From positions 96,001 through 160,000 of the forward strand of contig CAWJGT010000004.1 in NCBI GenBank assembly GCA_963842525.1: a stretch of DNA of 64,000 nt, in the 5' to 3' direction. The stretch is from an uncultured Holophagales bacterium (GTDB lineage Bacteria; Acidobacteriota; Thermoanaerobaculia; Multivoradales; UBA5704). Both the position numbers and the translations under genes were made by a program. Positions 29,093 to 39,885 of the stretch are shown here, piece by piece (the first letter of the stretch is position 1; each line of letters starts with the position of its first letter). The notes under the pieces were generated by a model, which was given only the letters and a program-made list of their open reading frames with translations, did no database searches and was not told where the DNA came from.

Positions 29093-30132
29093 AAATCGGC
29101 GTGATCCCCGAGAACCTCCTGGAGCGCGCGGCCCTGATGCTGGGGCTCGTCCCCACGCCCATGGGCGAAACCCTGCCGGCGCTCCTGCTCGCGCGCACGC
29201 TGATGACCGCCGCCCGGCATGGCCTGTTCGCAGCCCTGGCCCCGGAGCCGCGGACGGCCGCGGAGGTCGCGGAGCGCTGCGGCACGCACCCCGACGTCAC
29301 GCGGGTGCTGCTGGACACTCTGGTGAGCAGCGACCATCTGACCGTCGCGGGAGACCGCTATGCCCTCGCGCCCGTGGCCCGCAAATGGCTGCTCCCCGAT
29401 AGCCCGACCTCCCTGCACGACAGCCTCCTCTACCGCTATCTGGAATGGGACTGGATCGCCCGCCTCGACGACTTCTTGGAGACCGGGAACCCCCTGCGCA
29501 TCCACGAGGAGATGACCCGGGAACAATGGGACCTCTACCAGCGGGGGATGCTTGATTTCGCCCGCCTCTCCGCACCCGAGCTGGTGCAACGGACCCCGGT
29601 TCCGAAGGGTGCGCGCGACCTGCTCGACATCGGCGGCTCGCACGGCTACTACTCAGCGGCCCTCTGCCGCCGGCACCCCGGCCTGCGCGCGGTCGTGCTC
29701 GACTTGAACGAAGCGGTCGAGCACGCGGCGGCCCTGCTTGCCAGGGAGGGGCTGGGCGACCGGGTCGTCCACCGCGCCGGCGACGCTCTGGCCGAAGACC
29801 TCGGAACGGAAGACTGGGACGTGGTGCTCCTCTCGCAGCTCGTCCACCATTTCGACGAGCCGACGAACCGCGAGCTGATCCGCAAGATCGCCGGCGCCCT
29901 GCGTCCCGGCGGAGCCCTGGTGATCCTGGAGCTGATCCGTCTTCAATCTCCCAAGAAGAGAGGGCAGCTTGGAGGCCTCCTTGGCCTCTACTTCGCCCTG
30001 ACCAGCAAGTCGGGAAGCTGGTCCTTCCAGGAGATGGCGGGCTGGCAGCGCGACGCGGGACTCGTGCCGAAGAAGCCCATCCGCTTCCGCCTCTCACCCG
30101 GGGTCGGGATGCAGGTCGGGGTGAAGCAGTAG
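29089..30132 (+). CDS. SAM-dependent O-methyltransferase with dimerisation domain
   Basis: LLDIGGSHG, VVLDL, AGDAL, LVHHF, LRPGG. Confidence 0.88.
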   Translation: MKIGVIPENLLERAALMLGLVPTPMGETLPALLLARTLMTAARHGLFAALAPEPRTAAEVAERCGTHPDVTRVLLDTLVSSDHLTVAGDRYALAPVARKWLLPDSPTSLHDSLLYRYLEWDWIARLDDFLETGNPLRIHEEMTREQWDLYQRGMLDFARLSAPELVQRTPVPKGARDLLDIGGSHGYYSAALCRRHPGLRAVVLDLNEAVEHAAALLAREGLGDRVVHRAGDALAEDLGTEDWDVVLLSQLVHHFDEPTNRELIRKIAGALRPGGALVILELIRLQSPKKRGQLGGLLGLYFALTSKSGSWSFQEMAGWQRDAGLVPKKPIRFRLSPGVGMQVGVKQ

Positions 30133-30219
30133 CTCCAGCGACCGGACCGTGAGCCGTGTCGAATCCAGCGCTGTCGGGGCCTGTGGGCTCGCGAGGCCCC
30201 GGCGCTGACGCGAGATCCC

Positions 30220-30495
30220 CGTTGCGCGGACCGCGGTCCCCATCAGCAGTTTCGGAAAGCGCTGCCCTGGCCTTCCGGTCCGTGTGACCGGGACCACGGT
30301 CCTCCTGTGCGGACCGGGGCTCCCTGTCACACGGACCGCGGTCCGCAACGCAGGGCACCGGGTCACCTGGCAGGACCCGCGGTCCGCGTGACGCGTCTGG
30401 CGGTCCCAGTGACAGGGAGCGCAGGTCCATAGTGCGGTTTCGCGGTCCGGGTCGCGCGGACCGCGGGTCCTCTGACAGGGAGCGCGCGTCCACGA
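30220..30495. repeat. Degenerate tandem array with about 21-bp period
   Basis: GGTCC / GGACCGCGGTCC cores recur roughly every 21 bp between convergent genes. Confidence 0.65.
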
Positions 30496-30528
30496 AGCCA
30501 TCTCCTCCCAGGCCAGGACGGCGCGGCC

Positions 30529-32106
30529 CTATCCTCGGAAGACTGTCACCTGCCAGCCCTTCTGCCGCGTCCGGGCCTCCTCGAATCGGGTCCGCTCTCC
30601 GATCGGGGGAACCTCAGGCCGGCGGTCGAAGATCGCCAGAACGCCGTTATCGAGGCCGAGTTGGTCCAGATACGCCTCGAGTTGCTCCAGGCCCCGCTCC
30701 AGAGGATCCGGCTTCCCGGGGGCCCAGACCTTGAGCTCGATCGCTTCCCGCTGGACCCGGCGGCCGTCCGGGGTCTGATAGGGCCAGCGCACGCACAGGT
30801 CGATGCGCCCGCGGCCGACTCCATACTCGCGCTCGATCTGCCCGCCGCCGTTGACGATGCGCTGGAGATAGGCCATGAGGACGAGCTGCGGGGCGACTTC
30901 GTGGTAGGGCATCCCGGCGGCGAGCACCTCGCCGTGCTCGCGCCAGAAGGCGGCGAATTCGGTGAGGATGCGCCGCAGGTCGAGCCGGCCATCCGGGCTC
31001 ACGAAGCTCCGCGGATCGGCCTGGACGTTCCCCTCGACGGCCGATGCGAGCACACGCACAATGACCTCGCGGTAGATCGGATTGGCGATCCGCACCGGAT
31101 TGTCGGGCGCAATGAGGCCCAGGTCACGGACGTAGCTCACGTCGTCGTCATAGGTGTCCGAGACGAGGATCTCACCGGCGAGCACCGGCTCGAGAACCCG
31201 CCGGACCCGCGGCTCCCGCAGGCGCGCGACCAGCGAGTCGAGGTGCGTGGCGCGGGCCAGGATCAATCGTTCCCGGGCCTCCTCGACGTGCTCGCGCGTG
31301 ATCGGCTCGGGCGGCGACACCCTCATCTCTTCGATGATCTCCCGGGCGAGGGCATTGGTGAGCCACGGCTGGCCCCCGCTGAGGTCGAAGAGCCGGGCGA
31401 GCGCGTCTTCCGTAAACGGCTGCCCCGTCTCGGCCGTGTGCTGCGCGTAGAGGGCGCGGACCTCGCCTTCGCTGAAATCGGGGAGCCGCGGAGACGAGAC
31501 CTTGATGTTGAACGGGCTCGACGTCCCCAGCCGGTCGGGATCGCTGCCGCTCGCAGCTCGATAGTCGCGGACATCGCGAAGGCCACACAGCGCCACCGCG
31601 GCAGGAAAGGCGTGCGGGCGCTCTGGAAATCCGGCGCGGAGCTGGCGCAGCACGGCCCGCAGGCTCTCGCCGCGCAAGGCGTCGATCTCGTCGAAAAACA
31701 GGACCAGGAGACGTGGGCAGGTCCGGGCCCATTGACTGAGTGCCGTCTGAAGGAGCGTGATGGCCGGCGCCTCGGGCCAGGGATTCGGTGGCCGCAGAGC
31801 CTCCGGGAGATGAATCGATGCCTGCCCGCGCAGGCTCGACAGGATCGCTTGCTGGGCGCTTTCGTAATCGTCCCCTGCGGGCTCGCCCGTTTCACAACTG
31901 AAGTGCAGGGCGGCGTGCTTTCCTTCCGCCGTCAGCGCTCGGGCCAGCGCGCGCAGGGTTGTGGTCTTGCCGGTCTGGCGCGGTGCATGGAGGACGAAAT
32001 AGTCGCCTCGCTCGACCGCCGTACGCGCTTCCGGGAGACGCGCGAGCGGCGGGACCATGTAATGCAACGCCGGGTCGCAGGGACCGGCGGTGTTGAAGCG
32101 GCGCAT
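30529..32106 (-). CDS. AAA-like ATPase with C-terminal PD-(D/E)XK-like domain
   Basis: FNTAGPC N-terminus, APRQTGKTT, FFDEID; C-terminal REY...GRIDL...IELK. Confidence 0.8.
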   Translation of the reverse strand: MRRFNTAGPCDPALHYMVPPLARLPEARTAVERGDYFVLHAPRQTGKTTTLRALARALTAEGKHAALHFSCETGEPAGDDYESAQQAILSSLRGQASIHLPEALRPPNPWPEAPAITLLQTALSQWARTCPRLLVLFFDEIDALRGESLRAVLRQLRAGFPERPHAFPAAVALCGLRDVRDYRAASGSDPDRLGTSSPFNIKVSSPRLPDFSEGEVRALYAQHTAETGQPFTEDALARLFDLSGGQPWLTNALAREIIEEMRVSPPEPITREHVEEARERLILARATHLDSLVARLREPRVRRVLEPVLAGEILVSDTYDDDVSYVRDLGLIAPDNPVRIANPIYREVIVRVLASAVEGNVQADPRSFVSPDGRLDLRRILTEFAAFWREHGEVLAAGMPYHEVAPQLVLMAYLQRIVNGGGQIEREYGVGRGRIDLCVRWPYQTPDGRRVQREAIELKVWAPGKPDPLERGLEQLEAYLDQLGLDNGVLAIFDRRPEVPPIGERTRFEEARTRQKGWQVTVFRG

Positions 32107-32136
32107 GGCGAGAGCATAGCGTGGTCCGGCACCCTC

Positions 32137-33013
32137 TCACCCCTGCGGCCGGTAGACCGAGCCCTCGGGCGGCTTCGGCCGGGCCGGCGGCTTCGCGGGG
32201 TGGGGGAGGATCTGGCGCAGGTAGGGCTCGATGCCGCGGTTGGGGTCGTAGTTCTGCGGATAGCCGAGCGAGACCTCTTCGAAACGCACGCCGTCCCGCC
32301 AGTGGGTGCCGCGGATGTGGAGATGGCCGTAGATGACCACCTCGGCATGGAAGCGGATGTGCCAGTCCTCCGTGCGCCGGGTGCCGCACCAGATCGAAAA
32401 GCGCGGGATGCGCGGCAGCACGGCCAGATCCTGCCGCAAGGGGAAGTGGTTGATCAGCACCATCGGCCCCCGCGTGGCAGCCTCCGCGAGGCGCCGCTCG
32501 GTCAGGTCGCAGCGGGCCGCGCACCAGGCCTCCTTGGTGGGGTATGGATCGGAGTGGAGGAGGACCTCGTCGGAGCAGAGGAGGTTGTCCTCCGCCGCCC
32601 ATTCGATCGCCCGCTCGGGCGGCACGTCGTCCGGCCGGAAGGTGTAGTCGTAGAGAAGGAAGAGCGGCGCCAGGGTGCAGTGCGGCCCCTCGCCCGGCCA
32701 GACGACGTAGGGGTCCTCGGGAGTCAGCACGCCGTACTCGCGGCAGATCGCCACCTGCCGCAGATACTTCGCCTCCCCGCGCAGATCGCCAGGCCGCGAC
32801 GGGATCGTCCACAGGTCGTGGTTGCCCGGCACCCAGAGAAGGCGGCCGAAACGCCGGGCGAGGATCGACAGGGCATAGCGCAGGTGCTCCTCGGTCTCGC
32901 CGACGTCGCCCGCCAGGATCAGCCAGTCGTACGGGTGCGGCCGGAGGCTCTTCCAGAGCCTTGCGCGTCACCTCGTACCGAAGGTGGAAGTCTGCGATCG
33001 CGTAGAGCTTCAT
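32137..33013 (-). CDS. Calcineurin-like metallophosphoesterase (frameshift about 32947)
   Basis: AIADFH, then in the shifted frame DWLILAGDVGE, PGNHDLW, NHFP, YGHLH. Confidence 0.85.
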
Positions 33014-33025
33014 GAAGGAGGGACG

Positions 33026-33775
33026 TCAGTTCTCGAGCAGCGACTGGACCTCGGGGGAGAAGGTGTCGCGCTCCTGGGCGTCCGCCTCGGCGCTCTCGCC
33101 CGGGAAGACCAGCGCCTGCCGCACCTGTCCCTCCTCGTTCACGCTCACCTCGACCATCGGGTGCCGCACCGGCTCCATCGAATAGTCGGGGTGGTAGATG
33201 GCGCCGCCGCCCGATGGGAGTCCGAAGCCGCGGATGTGCTCCCCGGCCCGCGGCACGATGCTGCTCAGCCGCGTCCACTGCGGCTCCTCGTGGGCGTCGA
33301 TCACGAACGGCACCACGCGGAAGGTGTCGAACAGGGTGCCGTCGTCGTCCCATCCCTTGAGGCCGAGCTGCACCGCGCCGGCCGAAACCCCCACCAGCAC
33401 CGCTCCGGCGTAGTAGCGCTCGACGAGCTTCTCCTTGAGCCCGTTCTTCTCGAAGGCCTGCCAGCCGCGGCGGACCTCGCCCCCGGCGAGCAGGATCAGA
33501 TCGGCCTCCGCCAGGAAGGCGCGGTCCTCCGATTCGAGGTGCGCAGGGATCTGCCGGGTCGTCTTGATGCCGGCCTCGTGCATGGCGGCGACGAACAGCT
33601 CGTAGAACTCGGGGGCGTCGTCGTTCGAGGCGCCGATATAGGCCGCCCGGATCTCCTCGGTGGACCCCTCGTCCTCGATCAGCTTGCGGACGCGTTCCAG
33701 GAAGGGGCTTCCTTCCTCGCGGAAGAACAGGAGCTGGCTGTCCGCCAGCAGGAAGATTGGTTTGATCGTTGACAT
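33026..33775 (-). CDS. Peptidase S51/PepE-like (class I glutamine amidotransferase fold)
   Basis: AYIGASN, LLAGG, GVSAGA nucleophile elbow, DAH. Confidence 0.8.
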   Translation of the reverse strand: MSTIKPIFLLADSQLLFFREEGSPFLERVRKLIEDEGSTEEIRAAYIGASNDDAPEFYELFVAAMHEAGIKTTRQIPAHLESEDRAFLAEADLILLAGGEVRRGWQAFEKNGLKEKLVERYYAGAVLVGVSAGAVQLGLKGWDDDGTLFDTFRVVPFVIDAHEEPQWTRLSSIVPRAGEHIRGFGLPSGGGAIYHPDYSMEPVRHPMVEVSVNEEGQVRQALVFPGESAEADAQERDTFSPEVQSLLEN

Positions 33776-33844
33776 GGTCAGGTCGTCTCCACGGGGCTTC
33801 CGCCCAAGCGCCCCATTCTATAGGCAAGACTGCGGCGTTCCGGA

Positions 33845-33991
33845 GCCCTCACCCCCTGGCCCCCTCTCCCGTGCGTCCCCCGACCGTCCTCCCCGAACGG
33901 GAGAGGGGGAAGGATACATGGGCGGGGGTGCCCCTCTCCCGCTCGGGGTGGGGGAGAGGGGGCCGCGCGGGGGAGGGGTCAGGGGAGGGGC
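33845..33991. repeat. CCCTCACCCC/CCCTCTCCC-family palindrome
   Basis: GCCCTCACCCCCTGGCCCCCTCTCCC...GGGAGAGGGGG...GGGGAGGGGTCAGGGGAGGGGC. Confidence 0.8.
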
Positions 33992-35382
33992 TATTCGGCA
34001 TACCCCAGCGACCGCAGCTTCTCGATGCTCTCCGCGTCCAGCTCGACCCGGGCGAGGCGGTCGGAGGCGGCCAGCCCCTTGCGCAGCGAGGCGAGCCAGC
34101 CCTGGAGCGGCCCGGACGGGGTGGCCGGCCCCGCCCCCGCCAAGAGATTGCGCAGCTCGCGCGGGTCGGCAGCCAGGTCGAAGAGCCAGCGTCTCCCCTC
34201 CTGGAGACGGAAGATCTCCTTGCGGTTGCCCGGGCTGGTCAACACGGCGACCTCGAGCAGGCCCTTGCGGCGGGCGCTCTCGGCCTCCTTCGCCGACAGC
34301 ACCGCGCCCTTGTGGGCCTGGAACCAGGCGATGCGCTCGCGCGGGGCCTGCTGCGTCCCCCGCAGCACGGGCGACCAGTCGAAGCCGCGGAACGGGGCAG
34401 GGACCGGCAGGCCCGCGAGGCCCAGCACCGTGGGCGCCACGTCGATGTTGAGCGCCGAGGCCGAGATCACCGCGGGCCGGATGCGGCCGGGCCAGACCAC
34501 CGCCATCGGGATGTGCAGGGTCGGCTCGTAGAGGTTGCGGCCGTGCCCCCAGTAGGAGTGCTCGCCCAGGCTCTCGCCGTGGTCCGCCGCGAAGACGGTC
34601 AGCGTATTGGCCGCCAGCCAGGGGTCACGCTCGACGGCGTCGAGGAGGCGTCCCAGGTGGTGGTCGGCGAAGGCGATCTCGGTGTCGTAGCGGTCGCTCC
34701 GCGACACCTCACCCTCGGTGGCGATGCCGAGCCTCTTGGCGAACTGCTCCTGCAGCCGGTAGGGCGCGTGCGGCTCGACGTAGTGGACCCAGAGCAGGAA
34801 CGGCCGCCGGCTGTCCTCCTGCTCCGCGAGCCAGGAGAGCGCGGAGTCGGTCAGGTCCTCGGCCGTCGCCTCCCCCTTGAAGAGGCCGAACCACCGCTTG
34901 CGGCTGAATACCTCGTCATATTTCTGGAAATGGTCGCCGAGCCCGGAGATGCCGTTGCGCAGGGTCCAATTGCCCACGAAGGCGGCGGTCCGGTAGCCGC
35001 GCCGGTCGAGCACGCGGGCCATCGACGAGGCGTCCGGCCGCAGCCGTAGCCCGTTGCGGGTGGCGCCGTGCTCGTGCGGATGGAGCGAGGTGAACATCGA
35101 GCAGAGCGCCGGATTGGTCAGCGGCTCGACCGTGCGCGCCTGCGTGAAGCGGACCCCCTGGGCGAGCAGGCGGTCCAGGTTCGGCGTGGTCTGCCGGGAG
35201 TAGCCGTAGGCCGAGATCCGGTCGACCCGGAGCGTGTCGATCGTGACGACCAGGACGCTGGGGAACCGCTGCGGCGCGCGTTGCACCTGACGTTCGGCGC
35301 CGAGCTGCGAGGTGCCGGCCAGGGCCAGCAGGACCAGCCCGCAGAGGCCGAAGGTCCAGAACCTGCGAGAGGCATGCGTCAC
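33991..35382 (-). CDS. Sulfatase-like hydrolase
   Basis: VTIDTLRVD, TTPNLD, LWVHYVEPH, ADHGESLGEH..WGHG; signal/TM at the N-terminus. The canonical C/SxPxR motif is altered (TNPAL). Confidence 0.85.
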   Translation of the reverse strand: MTHASRRFWTFGLCGLVLLALAGTSQLGAERQVQRAPQRFPSVLVVTIDTLRVDRISAYGYSRQTTPNLDRLLAQGVRFTQARTVEPLTNPALCSMFTSLHPHEHGATRNGLRLRPDASSMARVLDRRGYRTAAFVGNWTLRNGISGLGDHFQKYDEVFSRKRWFGLFKGEATAEDLTDSALSWLAEQEDSRRPFLLWVHYVEPHAPYRLQEQFAKRLGIATEGEVSRSDRYDTEIAFADHHLGRLLDAVERDPWLAANTLTVFAADHGESLGEHSYWGHGRNLYEPTLHIPMAVVWPGRIRPAVISASALNIDVAPTVLGLAGLPVPAPFRGFDWSPVLRGTQQAPRERIAWFQAHKGAVLSAKEAESARRKGLLEVAVLTSPGNRKEIFRLQEGRRWLFDLAADPRELRNLLAGAGPATPSGPLQGWLASLRKGLAASDRLARVELDAESIEKLRSLGYAE

Positions 35383-35411
35383 CGCGAAATCCTCCTGGTA
35401 AGCTCTGGATC

Positions 35412-36311
35412 ATGGACGAGCGGCCGCCGAAAGAGGAGATCCGCCCCGAGAAGAGCCCCGGACCAGCGCCGCAGGTCGAGAAGGAGGCGGCCGCGCAGGC
35501 CGGCGAGCCGCCGCGCTGGGGCAAGGGGACGGAGTTCGCGGACGACGGCCGGTTCCTGGAAGGGCCGCAGACCCGTACCTCCGAGGTCGCCCGGCTCTTC
35601 CGGGTCGGCGCCGACTTCATCCGTGGCTTCCGCGCTCTCCATTTCGTCGGCCCCTGCGTGACGGTCTTCGGCTCCGCCCGCTTCCCCGAGACCCACCGCT
35701 ACTATGCCATGGCCCGGGAGGTGGGGCAGCGCCTCGGCCGCGCCGGATTCACCGTCATGACCGGCGGCGGGCCGGGCATCATGGAGGCCGCCAACCGCGG
35801 CGCGCGCGACGTCGGCGCGAAGTCGCTCGGCCTCAATATCATCCTGCCCCATGAGCAGAAGCCCAACCCCTACGTCGACCGCTGGGTGGAGTTCCGCTAC
35901 TTCTTCGTCCGCAAGGTGATGCTGGTCAAATATTCCTACGCCTTCGTGGTGCTGCCCGGAGGCTTCGGCACCATGGACGAGATCTTCGAGTGCGCCACCC
36001 TGATCCAGACCGGGAAGATCCGCAACTTCCCGCTGGTCCTGATGGGCACGGACTACTGGCAGCCGCTGCGTGAGTTCATCTGTCAACGGATGGTCTCCGA
36101 AAAGACGATCCTGCCCGCAGACTGTGACCGGCTCCAGCTCACCGACTCCGTGGACGAGGCCATGGACCTTATCTTGAGCACCGTGACCCGGGAGTTTGGA
36201 CTGATCTGGGAGCCGTCGCCCCGCTGGTACCTCGGCGAGGGTCATCTGCAAAAAGCAACTGCAAAAACCGAGCCCGCACCCGAGACCGAGAAGGTCACCC
36301 CCAAATTGTAG
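35412..36311 (+). CDS. LOG family (TIGR00730-like) nucleotide phosphoribohydrolase
   Basis: VFGSAR, TGGGPGIMEAANRGA, PGGFGTMDE. Confidence 0.9.
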   Translation: MDERPPKEEIRPEKSPGPAPQVEKEAAAQAGEPPRWGKGTEFADDGRFLEGPQTRTSEVARLFRVGADFIRGFRALHFVGPCVTVFGSARFPETHRYYAMAREVGQRLGRAGFTVMTGGGPGIMEAANRGARDVGAKSLGLNIILPHEQKPNPYVDRWVEFRYFFVRKVMLVKYSYAFVVLPGGFGTMDEIFECATLIQTGKIRNFPLVLMGTDYWQPLREFICQRMVSEKTILPADCDRLQLTDSVDEAMDLILSTVTREFGLIWEPSPRWYLGEGHLQKATAKTEPAPETEKVTPKL

Positions 36312-36499
36312 CGGACCGCGCTCCATCTCACTCCCTGAGCGGCGCCGTCCCGTTTTGTCAGCCCTTCCGCACTGTACAAATGGCCTTCGTGTGCTCACCG
36401 GAAGGCGTATCCATACTTTCTGAAATGGCCGTGCCCGAAATCGTTCGGGCAGGTCTGTGTCGAGGCTCAATTCGTCCGTTTTGCGCAGGAGGAAAACCC

Positions 36500-36913
36500 A
36501 TGAGTCAGGAGAAGACGAAGGCCGTGGGCGTACGAATCTTCGTCGCCCTGGTCGCAATGGCCCTGCTCTGTTCTGGAGCCGCTCTGGCCCAGACACAGCA
36601 CGGCATGGCCGGCGCCCAGGTGCAAGGTGTCCAGATCGCGATCGATCCGGTGACCGGCAAGCTCCGGCCGCCCACCCCCGCCGAGGCCAAGGCCCTGGCG
36701 GATGCATTCCGTTCCGTGGTCGGCCGCTCGATGGCGAGCTCGACCGAGGTGACGCAGTCGGCCGACGGCACCCTGATCGCCACTGCTGGTCCTGAGTTCC
36801 TGAACATCTGGATGGCATCGCTGGCAGCCAATGGCTCCCTGAACGCAGTCTGTACCGAGGGCCAGGAAGCTCCGAGCCTCCTGCTGTCGAGCGACGTCTG
36901 GGAGGAGAGGTGA
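36500..36913 (+). CDS. Small secreted protein (IDPxTGxLRxPT motif)
   Basis: AGGAGG SD and signal peptide; ends 4 bp before the PA-domain protease. Confidence 0.7.
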   Translation: MSQEKTKAVGVRIFVALVAMALLCSGAALAQTQHGMAGAQVQGVQIAIDPVTGKLRPPTPAEAKALADAFRSVVGRSMASSTEVTQSADGTLIATAGPEFLNIWMASLAANGSLNAVCTEGQEAPSLLLSSDVWEER

Positions 36914-36917
36914 GGTC

Positions 36918-38618
36918 ATGATCAAGCTCATCCGGCCTCTCTTCGCCGTCCTCTCCCTCGCCGCGCTGCTGGCGGCCCCCGCAGCCCCTGCGTTCGGCTC
37001 CGCGACCATCGTCATCGTCAACCTTGACGGACCCAATGAAGGCTTCAACGACCCGACCCCGAAAGCGCCGGTCGGCGGCAACACGGGAACCACGGTCGGT
37101 CAGCAGCGGCTGATCGCCTTCCAGCATGCGGCCAACATCTGGGGCTCGATCCTCGACAGCCCGGTGCCGATCCGGATCCAGGCCGTCTTCGATCCGCTGA
37201 ACTGCACGCCGACCGCGGCCACGCTGGGCGCCGCCGCGGCGCTCCAGTGGGCCGCCAATTCCCCCGGCGTGGAGGTTCCGAACACCTGGTATCCCATGGC
37301 CCTGGCCAACAAGCTGGCCGGCGCCGACCTCTCACCGGCCGCGGACGACCTCATCTCCCTCTTCAACAGCAACCTGAACGGCAATCCGGCCTGCATCGGC
37401 GGACGCGGCTGGTACTACGGCCTGGATGCCAACCACGGGACGGACATCGACTTGATCGCCGTGCTGCTGCACGAGTTCGGCCATGGTCTGGGCTTTGCCA
37501 ATTTCGTCAACGAAGGGACCGGCGCCTCGTCGCTCGGGTTGCGGGACATCTTCTCCTTCTACACCCTCGACACGCGGACCGGGAAGTACTGGCCGCAGAT
37601 GACCAATGCGGAAATCGTGGCCTCGTCGATCAATCACAACCGGGTGGTGTGGGACGGCCTGCACGTGACCGACGGGGTGCCGAGCACCTGGGCCCTGGGC
37701 ACGCCGCTGGTCACCGTCAACGCGCCGGTCAACCCCTCCAACCTCGGGACGTTCCGCATCGGCATCGCCGCCTTCGGCCCGGCGATCACCTCGCCCGGCA
37801 TCACGTCCAACGTGGTGCAGGCGCTCGATCCCGCGGAGGGGGCCGGCTTCACCACCTTCGACGGCTGCTCGCCGCTGACCAATGCGGCGGCCGTGGCCGG
37901 CAAGATCGCCGTGGTCGATCGCGGGGGCTGCGCCTTCACCGCCAAGGTCAAGACCGCCCAGGACGCCGGCGCGGTCGCCGTGATCGTGGCCAACAACCTC
38001 ATCAACGCTCCGACGGGCAACATGGCCGGCGTCGATCCGACGATCACCGTCCCGTCGGTCCTCATCTCGCAGGTGGACGCCAACTTTCTCAAGGCGGCTC
38101 TCGCGAGCGGCACGGTCAACGCCACGGTCGGCATCAACCCGAACGTGCGCCTCGGCGCCAACCCGGCCGACCGGGCCCTGCTCTTTGCCCCGAACCCGCT
38201 GCAGCAGGGCTCGTCGATGTCCCACTTCGACACGATCGCCTTCCCGAACGCGCTGATGGAGCCGGCGATCAACGCCGACCTCACGCACGGGCTCGACCTG
38301 ACGCTGAACGAGATGGTCGACATCGGCTGGTTCTCCGACCAGGACGGCGTGCCGGACGGCATGGACTCGTGCATCGGGTCCGACCAGAGCGCCACGGTGG
38401 TGATCGACGGCTGCGACTCGGGCGTGGCGAACACCGTGTTCGCCGACGGCTGCCGCATCTCTGACGCGATCGAGGACTGCGCCGACGGCGCCACCAACCA
38501 CGGCAAGTTCGTGAGCTGCGTCTCGCACTACACGAACGGCCTGAAGAAGCAGGGGATCATCACCGGCGCGCAGAAGGGCGCGATCCAGAGCTGCGCCGGC
38601 CAAGCCGATATTCCATAA
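36918..38618 (+). CDS. Secreted zinc metalloprotease with PA domain
   Basis: Signal peptide, HEFGHGLG, PA domain (GKIAVVDRGGCAFTAKV), Cys-rich C-terminus NHGKFVSC. Confidence 0.8.
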   Translation: MIKLIRPLFAVLSLAALLAAPAAPAFGSATIVIVNLDGPNEGFNDPTPKAPVGGNTGTTVGQQRLIAFQHAANIWGSILDSPVPIRIQAVFDPLNCTPTAATLGAAAALQWAANSPGVEVPNTWYPMALANKLAGADLSPAADDLISLFNSNLNGNPACIGGRGWYYGLDANHGTDIDLIAVLLHEFGHGLGFANFVNEGTGASSLGLRDIFSFYTLDTRTGKYWPQMTNAEIVASSINHNRVVWDGLHVTDGVPSTWALGTPLVTVNAPVNPSNLGTFRIGIAAFGPAITSPGITSNVVQALDPAEGAGFTTFDGCSPLTNAAAVAGKIAVVDRGGCAFTAKVKTAQDAGAVAVIVANNLINAPTGNMAGVDPTITVPSVLISQVDANFLKAALASGTVNATVGINPNVRLGANPADRALLFAPNPLQQGSSMSHFDTIAFPNALMEPAINADLTHGLDLTLNEMVDIGWFSDQDGVPDGMDSCIGSDQSATVVIDGCDSGVANTVFADGCRISDAIEDCADGATNHGKFVSCVSHYTNGLKKQGIITGAQKGAIQSCAGQADIP

Positions 38619-38619
38619 A

Positions 38620-38665
38620 GCCCTCACCCCCTGGCCCCCTCTCCCGCAAGAGCGGGAGAGGGGGA
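38620..38665. repeat. Short member of the CCCTCACCCC palindrome family
   Basis: GCCCTCACCCCCTGGCCCCCTCTCCCGC-AAGA-GCGGGAGAGGGGG directly after the stop. Confidence 0.8.
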
Positions 38666-38698
38666 ACGGCTTCCGCTGGCGGTGCTAGGCTCGCCGCC

Positions 38699-39817
38699 AT
38701 GAAATTCGAGACCCTGGCCGTCCATGCCGGGCATGCCCTCGATCCCACGACCGGATCGGTGGCCCCGCCCCTCTACCTCTCCACCACGTTCGCCCGCGAC
38801 CCGGACGGGGTGCCGCTCGGCGGGCACACCTACATCCGCGAGTCCAACCCCAACCAGGCGCAGCTCGAAGAGGCGCTGGCTCCTCTCGAAGGGGGCGAGG
38901 CCGCGCTGGTTTTCGCCTCGGGCATGGCCGCCGGCGTCGCCCTGCTGCAGACGCTCGCGCCGGGCTCCCACATCCTCCTGCCCGACGACGCCTACTACGG
39001 CTACCGGGCTGCGGCGCTGGATTTCCTCCCGCACTGGGGGGTCCGCACGGACTTCGTGGACATGGCGGACCTGGACGCCCTGGCCGCGGCGCTCCGGCCG
39101 GAGACCCGCCTGGTCTGGATCGAAACTCCTTCGAACCCTCTCCTCAAGGTGGTGGATATCGCGGCGGCTGCCCGGCTCGCCCGCGAGGCCAGTGCGCTCT
39201 CGGTCCTCGACAACACCTTCGCCACGCCGGCCCTGCAGCGCCCGCTGGAGCTCGGCGTCGACGTCGTGCTGCACTCCACGACCAAGTACTTCGGCGGCCA
39301 TAGCGACGTGCAGGGGGGAGCCCTGGTCTTCGCCCGGCGCGGGACCCTCGTCGAAAGGGTGGACCACGTGCTGCACATCCTCGGTGCGGTGGCCTCGCCG
39401 TTCAACTGCTGGCTCGTGCTGCGGGGCCTGCGCACGCTGGCCTGCCGGATGGCGGTCCAGAGCGCGGGCGCGCTCGCCGTGGCCCAGGCGCTCGCCGCCA
39501 ACCCCGCGGTCGTCCGGGTCCACTATCCGGGGCTCGCGTCCCACCCGGGGCACGAGATCGCACGGCGCCAGATGTCGGGCTACGGCGGGATGATCTCGCT
39601 GCAGACCGCGGGCGGGCGCGAGGCCGCGTTGCGGGCCGTCTCCCGTGTCCGCCTTTTCACCCGGGCCACCTCCCTCGGCGGCGTCGAGAGCCTGATCGAG
39701 CACCGCGCCACGAGCGAAGGACCGCAGTCGCGGACGCCGCAGGACCTCCTGCGCCTCTCCATCGGCTTGGAGCATCCGGACGACCTGATCGCTGATTTGG
39801 AACATGCCCTTGCATGA
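38699..39817 (+). CDS. Cys/Met metabolism PLP enzyme (cystathionine gamma-synthase/lyase)
   Basis: [47 protein letters not shown]. Confidence 0.92.
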   Translation: MKFETLAVHAGHALDPTTGSVAPPLYLSTTFARDPDGVPLGGHTYIRESNPNQAQLEEALAPLEGGEAALVFASGMAAGVALLQTLAPGSHILLPDDAYYGYRAAALDFLPHWGVRTDFVDMADLDALAAALRPETRLVWIETPSNPLLKVVDIAAAARLAREASALSVLDNTFATPALQRPLELGVDVVLHSTTKYFGGHSDVQGGALVFARRGTLVERVDHVLHILGAVASPFNCWLVLRGLRTLACRMAVQSAGALAVAQALAANPAVVRVHYPGLASHPGHEIARRQMSGYGGMISLQTAGGREAALRAVSRVRLFTRATSLGGVESLIEHRATSEGPQSRTPQDLLRLSIGLEHPDDLIADLEHALA

Positions 39818-39885
39818 TTCTTGCTGTGAGAAGAGGCGGACGTACAGAATGTTGTAGATCCGACATCTAGAGAAAGGAGAGGTGC

